Origin: Candidatus Bathyarchaeota archaeon
GTDB lineage: Archaea; Thermoproteota; Bathyarchaeia; Bathyarchaeales; Bathycorpusculaceae
Direction: 5' to 3'
DNA length: 64,000 nt
Assembly: GCA_963782525.1 (NCBI GenBank)
Contig: CAWAKC010000006.1
Location: 64,001-128,000, forward strand
A model generated the notes under the pieces. It did no database searches and was not told where the DNA came from. It saw only the letters and a program-made list of their open reading frames with translations. The position numbers and the translations under genes were made by a program. This document shows, piece after piece, positions 1-8,926 of this stretch (positions are counted from its first letter, which is position 1; each line of letters begins with the position of its first letter).

Positions 1-728
1 CCGACTACGTTTCCGACTGCGTTTAGGAGTGGACCGCCTGAGTTGCCGGGGTTTATGGGTGTGCTGGTCTGTATGATGTTGGCGATTGCGTAGCCGCCAG
101 CGGTGTCCTCAGTTATGGTTCGTCCTGTGGCGCTCACAACTCCTGTAGTTAATGAGCCTACCAGCCCATATGGGTTGCCTATGGCGATTACGGGTTCACC
201 TACACCTAAAGTTGAGGAGCTCACGATTGTTAATGGGTTGAACTCAGAAGCTGGGGCATTCGAAGATACAGAAACAACTGCTAAATCCGAGTACGGATCA
301 GTTCCAAGAACCTTGGCGCCGTAGCCGTGGCCATCAGAGAAAGTCACGCTCAACCCGGTCGTACCTTGGACGACGTGGTAGTTGGTTAACACTACGGTTT
401 GGCCAGCGAAATTATATACAAAGCCTGAACCTTGTACGCCTCCGCTGCTTGTTTCACCCTGCACTAATACAACCGATGCCCTAACGTTGCTGTAGATGTT
501 TGCGAGGGATGTTCCATTTTGGAATATCGTGATGGTTTGGTAAGTTGCGTTTTGGTGTCCTTCAAGGTTTGAGACTGCGCTCTGTAAGTCAGTGATTTGA
601 CCGTTAAGGCTGGTTACTTGACGGTAAGATACAAAGTAGATGAGTAACCCTCCGACAAGTAATCCCAAAACGAATAGTAGTATTAGGACGCTGGCGGAAG
701 CTTTGCTGTAACCTTTAGACGTTAACAC
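1..728 (-). CDS. HtrA/DegP-like trypsin serine protease with N-terminal membrane anchor (runs off window start)
   Basis: Manual translation from GTG at 728: TNYHVV (His), DLAV (Asp), INPGNSGGPL (Ser) motifs; not in the ORF track because it is truncated. Confidence 0.9.
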   Translation of the reverse strand, partial: MLTSKGYSKASASVLILLFVLGLLVGGLLIYFVSYRQVTSLNGQITDLQSAVSNLEGHQNATYQTITIFQNGTSLANIYSNVRASVVLVQGETSSGGVQGSGFVYNFAGQTVVLTNYHVVQGTTGLSVTFSDGHGYGAKVLGTDPYSDLAVVSVSSNAPASEFNPLTIVSSSTLGVGEPVIAIGNPYGLVGSLTTGVVSATGRTITEDTAGGYAIANIIQTSTPINPGNSGGPLLNAVGNVV

Positions 729-775
729 GGTACTGCGCCTCGAAAGAGGATAAACGAATAAGAAAATAAAAGTTG

Positions 776-1789
776 CTATGCTCGACGGTCAATAAGGTCC
801 AAAGCGTCTGGTCCTGTGCCGATAAACACAATGGGTACGCCTGTTCGGGTTTCAACTTCTTTTATGAATTCTTTAGCTTCTTTGGGCAAGTCACTGAATT
901 TTCGGGCAGATCTGCAGGTTGGATAGATACAGTCGAGCTTAGTCATGGCGGCTTGTGTGGCGCCGTTAATCTTGGCGGTTTTTTTGGCTAAGTCAAAATC
1001 GAACGGTGCGCTGCGCCGGTCGCGGCCTGTTCCTGCAGCAACTTCAAACCAGCCTCGTTTGAGGGCTTCTTCTTTGGTTATTTCGCCAGGTAACGGTCCT
1101 GCGCCCACTCGAGTCATAAACGACTTGTAAACGATGATCACGTCGTCGACTCTTGTTGGTCCAACGCCTGCTTCTGAAGCGATAGCAGATGCTCCTGTGT
1201 CTCTACCTGTAACATAGGGGTAGCCGCCGCCCAAGAAAAGCGACAACATAAAACCCTGTGTTCCTTCCAGCAGCACACTTTTGCCAACGTCTAAACCATC
1301 GTTAACTTCCATAATTTGGTCTGCGAGATAAGGTTTGAGTTCCGGAATATCCTTGGCAAGCTTAGCGGTGCGCCTTACACGTTCCTCAAGAGCTGGTCCA
1401 ACGCCTCTGCCTGTGGTTCCGATACCTTTGTTGACTGCACTTGCTTTGTCTTGTTCACAGTGTTTTTGCTCGATGATTGAAGCGTTCTGGTCTATTCCCA
1501 TTCTTTTGGGGTCAACTTGGGTTAGTGCCATTTCATCGAAGAAGGTTTTTACGTCAACGTTTGCGCCTGCAGCAATCAGCAAGCGAGTTTTGGGGTTTAT
1601 GAATGCGGCTGGAACCATGTGTAATGCGTATTTTTTGCCTTCATACCAAACGGTGTGGGCGGCGTTTACGGAGCCTGTTCGGACACAGAAATCAAGGTTG
1701 TCTTTGAGGGCTAAGTACGAGATTATTTTTCCTTTGCCTTCATCTCCCCAGAAGGCGCCAACGATTACTGAGCAAGGCATAACTTTCAC
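776..1789 (-). CDS. purA: Adenylosuccinate synthetase (short archaeal type)
   Basis: GAFWGDEGKGK, LEGTQG, YPYVT, TRVGAGP motifs. Confidence 0.97.
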   Translation of the reverse strand: MKVMPCSVIVGAFWGDEGKGKIISYLALKDNLDFCVRTGSVNAAHTVWYEGKKYALHMVPAAFINPKTRLLIAAGANVDVKTFFDEMALTQVDPKRMGIDQNASIIEQKHCEQDKASAVNKGIGTTGRGVGPALEERVRRTAKLAKDIPELKPYLADQIMEVNDGLDVGKSVLLEGTQGFMLSLFLGGGYPYVTGRDTGASAIASEAGVGPTRVDDVIIVYKSFMTRVGAGPLPGEITKEEALKRGWFEVAAGTGRDRRSAPFDFDLAKKTAKINGATQAAMTKLDCIYPTCRSARKFSDLPKEAKEFIKEVETRTGVPIVFIGTGPDALDLIDRRA

Positions 1790-1839
1790 CGTTGGTTAGT
1801 CTGTTCAGGAATTATTTAAAGCTGAGGGTTTTTGTCGGT

Positions 1840-2046
1840 TTATTCTTTGCTGGATTTTTTGTCTTCGTTTATCAGTTGTGCTAAACGGTAGGTGATGTAG
1901 GCTGAGAAGCTGTGGATGCCTTTTTTTATAGCGTAGTCGTCTTTTACTTTGAGCCATTCGTTAAAAAAGTAGTCGTAAACATCAGCCTTAACAGTGATGC
2001 TTTTGTAGCCTTTTTTCGGCGTTTGTGTTTCCCTCTCTTCAGCCAT
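1840..2046 (-). CDS. Small ribbon-helix-helix-like DNA-binding protein
   Basis: PKKGYKSITV beta-strand followed by two helices; TATA-like CTTAAATA upstream. Confidence 0.7.
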   Translation of the reverse strand: MAEERETQTPKKGYKSITVKADVYDYFFNEWLKVKDDYAIKKGIHSFSAYITYRLAQLINEDKKSSKE

Positions 2047-2583
2047 AGTATCCGAACGTACATTTATTTAAGGGTAACTCCTATTTTTGGGTAGTATTTT
2101 ACAGAGTTAAACCTATTATTCTATAATTTTAGCATGGACGAGGTACTGCCCACCGCATAAGATATCCTAAACTCTGCACTAAAAGGTTTCCCATTGTAGC
2201 AGATGCGTGGTAATATCTTAGTGTAGTAGCAGTAATTGAATGTAGCAACCTTTAGATCATCAGCCTTACAGTAGTAGAAACTTGGGTGAGTAGCAACTTT
2301 TTTAGGATAAACCTCTGTAGCAGAAAGTAGCCTTATTCTATGTAGCACAATTTGAGGTGAATAATAATATTGTTTACGCTACTTTACTCTATCACTTGCT
2401 ATAGCTTGGAAAAATTGAAAGAAAACTTTGTTGTCTTTAAGCGAAAGCGTAAGTGCAGACAAGCACGAAAGCGTTATGACAGAGCGCAACGAAAGTGGAG
2501 CGTTACCCAAAGGGCTATTGTGCGTTACGTTATCCCTCTTAGCCAATCTCTATGTCTCTATGTAATCTTGAAACTTGGAAAAC

Positions 2584-2769
2584 TCAATCCTTTAAGTTTT
2601 TGGCATATCTCATAAACAAATACAACGCTTGAAGAGCTACCCCTAAAATTATTAGATTCCCACCCCAAGTAGTTGCATCAGTGTTTGCATGTGCCAAAAG
2701 TAAAAGAGCGCCCATTACTATACATATTGCAGGAACCGTATAGGCTAATACTTTTATGTCAACTGGCAT
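2584..2769 (-). CDS. Small two-TM membrane protein
   Basis: Two hydrophobic helices; own TATA (CCTTAAAT, ~2819-2826, - strand). Confidence 0.65.
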   Translation of the reverse strand: MPVDIKVLAYTVPAICIVMGALLLLAHANTDATTWGGNLIILGVALQALYLFMRYAKNLKD

Positions 2770-2860
2770 CTGATTCTCAACTTCTCTTTTCTGAATAAGC
2801 CATTATGATACTATGCAGATTTAAGGCTTGTCTCAGTGCAAAGTAGCGAAATTCCACTGA

Positions 2861-3436
2861 TTAAGTCCATGTTATAGCCCAGTTCCAATTATAGCTACTC
2901 GGTAATTGGAAGGGAAACGAGAATTGTATATCCGCTAATTGATAAACAGAATGCCCATTGACCGTTCCAATACTATTGTAAGTTTTAACGAACTGACCAC
3001 CGTTAAAGGTGAATGTGAATGTTATTACCACATTAGACGCTGAGTTAGTACCAAAGTTTACGATAAAACCATTAGAAAAAGTTATGATACTATTCGGACT
3101 GACATACATCACATTAGGAGAAATTGTAATGAACGCTGAAAGGGTTGATGCTGGATTATAACCCTGTCCTGTTGGACCCTGAAGTCCTTGTATTCCCTGA
3201 GCACCTTGTGGACCTATAGCACCTGTACCGCCCGTAACTCCTGTAGGTCCTTGTGGTCCAGTTGCACCCGTAGCTCCTGTTGTTCCTGTAGCCCCCGTTG
3301 CACCCGTATCACCTTTTTGCCCTTTAATCACATCTAATTGTGTAACCACCCCAACAGAGACTAAGCTCGAAACCAACATGGCAACAATCAAACCAACAAC
3401 AAATAAGCCCTTTGATATTCCTGTAGTTTTAGACAT
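2861..3436 (-). CDS. Membrane-anchored collagen-like surface protein
   Basis: N-terminal TM, 18 consecutive Gly-X-Y triplets, C-terminal beta-rich domain; SD AAGGT upstream. Confidence 0.85.
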   Translation of the reverse strand: MSKTTGISKGLFVVGLIVAMLVSSLVSVGVVTQLDVIKGQKGDTGATGATGTTGATGATGPQGPTGVTGGTGAIGPQGAQGIQGLQGPTGQGYNPASTLSAFITISPNVMYVSPNSIITFSNGFIVNFGTNSASNVVITFTFTFNGGQFVKTYNSIGTVNGHSVYQLADIQFSFPFQLPSSYNWNWAITWT

Positions 3437-3583
3437 TAGGATACCTTCGTTTTATCGCATTAGGCTATTATCATGCGATGTAAATTTAAGACTTATCATC
3501 ATGAAAACTTGGCAACGCTAACAAGCACTATAAGCTTATATCTGTAGACCCAACAAAGAGGCTAATGTGGGGAAATCGAATAA

Positions 3584-4282
3584 ATGACAAGCCAAAAACC
3601 TCGGCATTTGGGCAGAAATATTGGAGCTGCTGTTATAGTGATAGCTGTTCTTATTGTAGCTATTTTTGCGGTTGTATATTTCTCAGGAAATTCTCTTAGA
3701 ATTGGAAATCCATTTGACTTCAAAATCTCAACCATCGATTCAAGCGGAACAGCTATGCAGGGTAGTAGCATACAAACTACTGTTTACATTAACGTAATAA
3801 GCGGTAATCCTCAAACAGTGACTTTAAGTGCTGACAGTGGGTCAAGTGGTATAAACTGCAACTTTAGCCCATCATCAAACACGCCAGACTTCTCAAGCAC
3901 ATTAACTCTAAACGTTCCATCTTCAACACCGACAAGTGCTTATTCAGTAACAATAACAGCATCAAGTGGGGAAATATCTCATAGCACATCCTACAGCATT
4001 TCAGTTCTAAGCGCTAAAGTACTCGTCTCTGGTTCTGTAGAGACAACAGGTTTGGGGACACATCCGACTGAAATTCAATTCATTGACCAACAAACATCCG
4101 TTACCTACACTGGAAGTCTATCAGGCACATCATATTCGATTAGTCTTCAAAATCAACATACTTACACCGTAACTGTTCATTGGGCAGGGCTTCTGTTCAC
4201 TTCTGGAACATACAATGGTGGTAGTCTGTATGTCTACGCACCAGTTGGATATACGTCAATGAACCAAGACTATTCTGGTTAA
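3584..4282 (+). CDS. Membrane-anchored Ser/Thr-rich beta-sandwich surface protein
   Basis: N-terminal TM then Ig-like repeats (STLTLNV...YSVTITAS). Confidence 0.75.
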   Translation: MTSQKPRHLGRNIGAAVIVIAVLIVAIFAVVYFSGNSLRIGNPFDFKISTIDSSGTAMQGSSIQTTVYINVISGNPQTVTLSADSGSSGINCNFSPSSNTPDFSSTLTLNVPSSTPTSAYSVTITASSGEISHSTSYSISVLSAKVLVSGSVETTGLGTHPTEIQFIDQQTSVTYTGSLSGTSYSISLQNQHTYTVTVHWAGLLFTSGTYNGGSLYVYAPVGYTSMNQDYSG

Positions 4283-4315
4283 TTCGTCTTACTTGCTCAT
4301 TGAGAGAAACTTGGA

Positions 4316-4708
4316 TTATTCGTTCCTTTCCAGTCTATCCCCGAAATGAAGTATCGGAACAGCATTATAGAATCCAGCACTCTTGTTCTCGGGTTCGAGT
4401 GGGTAAGTGCTTTCTAAGTCTCTCCATTTCTCTGCATCTGTCAGGGTGTGGTCAAGCTCGATGTGTAACTTCACTCTAAGTTCTCGATCACGAACCTCTC
4501 GCCATTCAGCTAACTCTCTGTCGTGTTGCTCCCGAGACTCGGCTGAGAGGTCATAGTATTGGAAGAACTTATGCGTTAAAATGTACTCTTCGTACTGTTC
4601 TTTAGTGAAGCCCTTAAATCTATATTGTATTTGTTTTAGGGTCTTCTTCTCTTGCTTCTTTTTCTCTGAAGCTTCTATTATTATTGGATTAATTTGTAAA
4701 GTTTCCAA
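4316..4708 (-). CDS. Hypothetical protein (element)
   Basis: 130-aa ORF with SD AAGGAG upstream. Confidence 0.6.
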   Translation of the reverse strand: METLQINPIIIEASEKKKQEKKTLKQIQYRFKGFTKEQYEEYILTHKFFQYYDLSAESREQHDRELAEWREVRDRELRVKLHIELDHTLTDAEKWRDLESTYPLEPENKSAGFYNAVPILHFGDRLERNE

Positions 4709-4738
4709 AATTTTTTAAACTCCTTTTTCTTAAAAGAA

Positions 4739-4781
4739 AATAGGGGAAGGAAAGAAGGTAATCTTAGAAACTTCCCCTATT
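4739..4781 (-). terminator. Hairpin (11-bp perfect stem) followed by T-tract on the - strand
   Basis: AATAGGGGAAG...CTTCCCCTATT; lies between ORFs 4799 and 4708. Confidence 0.55.
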
Positions 4782-4798
4782 CGCTTGAGATGTGAGTG

Positions 4799-5128
4799 TT
4801 AGTTATTCTTCTTTTTTTGATACTGGTTCAATATCTTTCTAACATCATTGTTTAGGGTTCTCGCTGCTCCCCTGTACATTGAGTTAGTAGGGGAAGGAAG
4901 GACAGGAAGAATATTCTCAATTACTGAACGTCTACCTTCTTCTTTTGCTTGCTCGCATACCTTAGCTATTTCTGCTCGTTTAATGCGCTGGTTGTTCTCT
5001 AATCTTTTCTTAGCGTTTAGAAGTTCTGCTTCTCTGGTCTTTGCTCGGTTAACGCTTTCTCTTAGCTCGGCTTCTCTCTGTTGTATTGCCATTAACTTAC
5101 CTCTTAGCTCTGCTTCTTTATTGCTCAT
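4799..5128 (-). CDS. Coiled-coil protein (element)
   Basis: Repeated REAEL heptads; abuts the upstream stop (TAAATG). Confidence 0.7.
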   Translation of the reverse strand: MSNKEAELRGKLMAIQQREAELRESVNRAKTREAELLNAKKRLENNQRIKRAEIAKVCEQAKEEGRRSVIENILPVLPSPTNSMYRGAARTLNNDVRKILNQYQKKKNN

Positions 5129-5383
5129 TTAGATGCTGTCTCCGACCTGTAGCTCGTCTGCATGATATTTGATAAAATCTCTAAGTTTACATGATTCTCT
5201 GAACTCTTCATTTATGGAACGGTAGCATGTACCATTTTTAGCGGTTTTATTAAGCCAGCGTAGTTGTGCCTTTACCTTGGTCTTAGCATAGGCGATTGGT
5301 CTACAGTGGTCGCAGAATTTTTCATTTAGTTTGAGTGGAGTTCCACAATTACAGATATGTCTCAGTGTTTCTTGTAGGCTCAT
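5129..5383 (-). CDS. Small Zn-finger-like protein
   Basis: CNCG...FCDHC motif; tight operon packing. Confidence 0.65.
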   Translation of the reverse strand: MSLQETLRHICNCGTPLKLNEKFCDHCRPIAYAKTKVKAQLRWLNKTAKNGTCYRSINEEFRESCKLRDFIKYHADELQVGDSI

Positions 5384-5388
5384 AATAA

Positions 5389-6102
5389 TTAACGCCTTAA
5401 CCGTTCCTTTGATTCTTTGTTTCCTTTTCCAAGGAACGAACCCAACCCAAATCCACTCTTCTTCTTTTCTGGTTCTTTCTTTGCAGATTTTAAAGTAGCA
5501 CAGTATTCTTCTGGACTTGGACGGCGATAGCGTTTGTAAGTTGTATCGAATACAAACCCGAGACTTTTCATGTAAGCATCGTTATCCTGTCTTAAGGTAG
5601 CTACTCCCTCTGTAATCTTATCACAGGGGATAGGTGCTGCTTTTTCTACTACAGGGTCAGGTGTGCTTGCGGTCTTGAAAGTATAGATGTAGTTAACTCT
5701 CTCGCCATGAGTATCTGAATTGCAAACTTGAACGTAGACCTTAGCTTCTTCACCGTTTTCACTGAATCGAACATCTGAAGACTTATACTCAGAACCATCA
5801 AAGAAATTCCATTTATTTCTCTGTGGGTCAAATTTGATAGTGTATCTTCCATCTGAGAAACTTAGAGATTTCTTTAGAGTGGCTGATGCTACATCAAAGC
5901 TTTCTATTAATGAATTGAACTCTTTTACTAACCGCTCTATCTTGATTAAATCTGCTTGGTACTCTTGAGAGTGAACGTAAGGCTCTCCATTCTTCAGCCT
6001 AATGGAACTTGGATTATCTGTTTTACTGCTAAGTTGTTCTATCTCTTTCTTGAGAGATAATTTCTTAGACTTTATTTCATCATTACTCAAATTACTCGAC
6101 AC
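5389..6102 (-). CDS. Hypothetical protein (element)
   Basis: 237-aa ORF, SD GGAGTGAG, operon packing. Confidence 0.7.
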   Translation of the reverse strand: MSSNLSNDEIKSKKLSLKKEIEQLSSKTDNPSSIRLKNGEPYVHSQEYQADLIKIERLVKEFNSLIESFDVASATLKKSLSFSDGRYTIKFDPQRNKWNFFDGSEYKSSDVRFSENGEEAKVYVQVCNSDTHGERVNYIYTFKTASTPDPVVEKAAPIPCDKITEGVATLRQDNDAYMKSLGFVFDTTYKRYRRPSPEEYCATLKSAKKEPEKKKSGFGLGSFLGKGNKESKERLRR

Positions 6103-6104
6103 AC

Positions 6105-6218
6105 TTACTCACTCCACCCAAATTCAATTCGTTGTGAAACACTCTTTTTGCGGAGAGTGGTTTGTCCCACAAGCGAATGATGCTTGACACTATAGATATT
6201 TGTTTTAGTTCCTATCAT
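6105..6218 (-). CDS. 37-aa microprotein (not in ORF track)
   Basis: MIGTKTNIYSVKHHSLVGQTTLRKKSVSQRIEFGWSE; SD GAAGGT; fills the operon gap. Confidence 0.45.
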   Translation of the reverse strand: MIGTKTNIYSVKHHSLVGQTTLRKKSVSQRIEFGWSE

Positions 6219-6236
6219 ACTACTTTACCTTCTTTT

Positions 6237-6491
6237 TTAGACCTGATACTTAACTACTATTTTTTCAGCAAACGTGTCTTTGAGTCCACCTTCACTGTTT
6301 AAAGACTGAATGCTCTCGTAGTTGCTAAGAGCAATCTTAGTCTGAGATGACAACTCTTTATTGAAAAGTTCAACATTATTGATTAAAAGAGCCATCTGTT
6401 CTTCTAATGCTGTTTCTCTAAGATGCAGATAGTACAGCTTAACGTCTATATCTCCAAAGATTAATTTCCTGAGAGCTTGAGATAACTTCAA
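6237..6491 (-). CDS. Small coiled-coil protein
   Basis: TTG start overlapping the upstream TGA; SD GAGGT. Confidence 0.6.
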   Translation of the reverse strand: MKLSQALRKLIFGDIDVKLYYLHLRETALEEQMALLINNVELFNKELSSQTKIALSNYESIQSLNSEGGLKDTFAEKIVVKYQV

Positions 6492-6652
6492 TAGAATTGA
6501 CCTCGGGAGTTTCTTTTCCTTACTTTTCCAGCATTAGTTCTTTCCCTGCAACCATCAGAGCAGAATAGCTTGTCAGTGTAGTAAGTTTGGAACTCTTCTT
6601 TGCATCCAAGGCATTTTTTGTTTAGAATTACTTGGGATATGTTATTCATCAT
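6488..6652 (-). CDS. 54-aa Zn-finger microprotein (not in ORF track)
   Basis: KKCLGCKEEFQTYYTDKLFCSDGCRER: CxxC...FCSxxC pattern typical of phage/plasmid TRASH-like fingers. Confidence 0.7.
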   Translation of the reverse strand: MMNNISQVILNKKCLGCKEEFQTYYTDKLFCSDGCRERTNAGKVRKRNSRGQFY

Positions 6653-6654
6653 TA

Positions 6655-7122
6655 TCAATCAAACTCTTTTCTGAAATTTTTCCATCTTGGATAATCGTGT
6701 ATCTTTAAGCTACACTCGGGACATCCTTTCGACTCGAAATGACTAAAGAAATAGCCACAAATGGAGCATTCAATATGATTCTCCACACAGGATAGGAATT
6801 GTTCTATCTCTCCAAGATTTATACCGTTACAAAGTGGAGTATCATCCTCTAAGTAGTGATGTATCTCTTGAAAGTCAACATTCACACCAATACTCTGGTA
6901 CAACTCTTTTCTATGATTGTAAGCTTCTTTCACTTGCTGGAGCGTCTTACCGTAAAAATATCTGTTAACAATACTCTCAAAGTTCTCTACTTTCTGAGTA
7001 ACTTGACTAACATTGGTCTTCAAAGCTGCTTCTATCTTAGTCTGTAACGATTGCTCTTTCTTCACTTGTTGGAAATGTCTTTGTCTCTCTGCATTAGTAG
7101 CGAAGATACGCTTTCTTCCCAC
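6655..7122 (-). CDS. Putative DNA-binding protein with N-terminal GRKRxFxTNAERQR motif and C-terminal Zn ribbon
   Basis: Motif common in plasmid/phage proteins; CSICG...CPEC; SD GGAGAGGT. Confidence 0.7.
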   Translation of the reverse strand: MGRKRIFATNAERQRHFQQVKKEQSLQTKIEAALKTNVSQVTQKVENFESIVNRYFYGKTLQQVKEAYNHRKELYQSIGVNVDFQEIHHYLEDDTPLCNGINLGEIEQFLSCVENHIECSICGYFFSHFESKGCPECSLKIHDYPRWKNFRKEFD

Positions 7123-7207
7123 TTAGACCTCTCCTTTAATGTCTGATTTCTGTTTTCGAGAGAATAGTCTAAGTTGTTTATTGCCCACCAAAATAATCCT
7201 CTTCTTT

Positions 7208-7375
7208 TTACTTACTCTTCTGTTCCTTTTCCTTTAGAGCTTCCAATGCTCTTTCTATTATGGAATTGTAGGACTCGCAACTGACTAACTTAGCATTATC
7301 TAAGCTGTCCTTTGTAGCAGTATGAACTATTATGAGCTTGAACTTCTTAGTGTCCATTTTTCTCTTAGTAGACAT
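7208..7375 (-). CDS. 55-aa ribbon-helix-helix/CopG-like regulator heading the operon (not in ORF track)
   Basis: KFKLIIVHTATKDSLDNAKLVSCESYNSIIERALEAL matches the archaeal RHH pattern (ESYxxxIxR); TATA-rich 7406-7420 upstream. Confidence 0.7.
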   Translation of the reverse strand: MSTKRKMDTKKFKLIIVHTATKDSLDNAKLVSCESYNSIIERALEALKEKEQKSK

Positions 7376-7569
7376 TATTTTCAACTAATAGCTATAGGTC
7401 TAACTGTATATATATGTATATTGGTTGTATTGATATCTATTAATACATTAAAAAGAGTGATAAAGTTTAACGGGTTTATTATCACCTTATCCCTATCTCT
7501 CTCATCTCTCGCCAAGTTTCCAAGTTTTCAATAAATCTTTGAGAGCATTCTGGTTGAATATTGACTGAC

Positions 7570-8140
7570 AGAATTAACCTTAATCCGTCCTTCTTTAGCT
7601 GTATAACATTCTTAACGGTCGTGTTTCCATTGGAAATTTATAATCAATTAGATAGACCTTAACCTTACCTTCTTTAGCAAATTGCTGCCTTCTCCATGCC
7701 GATTGCTATTAGCAATTTTTCATCAACCAACTTTGTTCTAATACCAGAGCTAAAGCCTTGATTACCTGAATAGACCCCTTGATAGAGCGATTACTCTGAG
7801 TAATTACCTGTTTTAAGACCTCAAAAATAGGCTTACCTTCTATCTTCTTTCACTGAATTTCAACTCAAATAACTTTGCTAATACCCGAGATAATGGCTTG
7901 ATTTTTTGAATAGAGTCTTTTCTGTTCCGATTTATCTGATAAATTCCACTCCTAATTAGCGTCTATTCACTCTGAGCGCATTTTTAATTAATAGATTGAC
8001 CTGTTTTCAGCTCTGTTTGTTATTTAAAGGGCTTATTAACCTGATTCATCGGATGAATTTTTTTCTTTAATAAAAATAAACCCAAAAATAACTCTCTCAC
8101 TCAATTAAACCCTGTTTCTAACCGAGAGATGTCATCTCTA
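7570..8140. repeat. Non-coding array of degenerate tandem repeats, each with a 13-15-bp odd palindrome
   Basis: Palindromes at 7624-7636, 7702-7716, 7790-7804, 7930-7944, 8044-8058, 8125-8139; 79-bp and 140-bp duplication periods. Confidence 0.8.
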
Positions 8141-8293
8141 AAGAGCAGAAACTTAGCTAATAACAAAAGTGCTTGAAAAACACCCTAAAACATTGTCTTT
8201 CTTAGGGAACTTGACTCATTAATCTTGAGCAAAAAGACAATTCTTCTGAGCACATTCAATCTTTTTCTTTCGCTTAGATGTTGCCATAAGCTA

Positions 8294-8917
8294 CTATCTC
8301 CTATAGCCTCTATGTTGGGTAAAACCTTCTTGTTGCAAACAATAATCAGGATTCTTTCCATCATTGATTGATACTTCTTTGCTTGTCTGGATAATTTCCA
8401 ACATCTTGAGTTTATTGATGTAGGATTCCGCTTCTATTGCTGCTAAGTTAGTTTGGTATCTTTTGCTGAATGGTTTAAGCAGTTTGAATAAGGCACTTTC
8501 AAATAATGCTCGAATGGTTGTGTGCAGATTATCTTCTTCTGCATGAATGTAAGTTGGAATTAGCTGGATACGTTCTTTCTTAAGTTTCTCTTCCATTTCT
8601 TTAGAGATGTTGGGGAAACTTATGCTTAGAACCCATTCGTCTTTATGTTCTGGGTCCTGACGATGGAAGTATTCTATCTTAGAATCTATAATGTCATTAT
8701 TCATATGGGTTAATTTTTTAGGGTTGGTAACTTCTAAAAGAATCCTTTTTCCTTTAACTGGAATAACTATATCAACTGCATTGTGATGGTCGAATGAATA
8801 TTCAGAGTGGTCAAAACTGTTATGATCGCACTTTAAGCCTAACTTCTGCTCTATGAAGTGGACATGTGCCATCTCTGCTGGAATACCGCTTAGATAGTTT
8901 ATGTTGAAGTTACTCAT
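8294..8917 (-). CDS. PD-(D/E)xK-like nuclease-fold protein
   Basis: AE helix ... AVDIVI ... ILLEVTN core; canonical ExK Lys replaced by Thr. Confidence 0.6.
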   Translation of the reverse strand: MSNFNINYLSGIPAEMAHVHFIEQKLGLKCDHNSFDHSEYSFDHHNAVDIVIPVKGKRILLEVTNPKKLTHMNNDIIDSKIEYFHRQDPEHKDEWVLSISFPNISKEMEEKLKKERIQLIPTYIHAEEDNLHTTIRALFESALFKLLKPFSKRYQTNLAAIEAESYINKLKMLEIIQTSKEVSINDGKNPDYCLQQEGFTQHRGYRR

Positions 8918-8926
8918 TTTTCATTA

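Noticed and set aside
103-1799. Antisense ORFs over htrA/purA and similar shadow ORFs elsewhere
   Set aside because: They fully overlap well-supported genes on the opposite strand and have no motifs.
7570-8140. CRISPR array or integron attC array
   Set aside because: No identical repeats, irregular periods, no cas genes, no GTTRRRY/RYYYAAC boxes, and the integrase does not look IntI-like.
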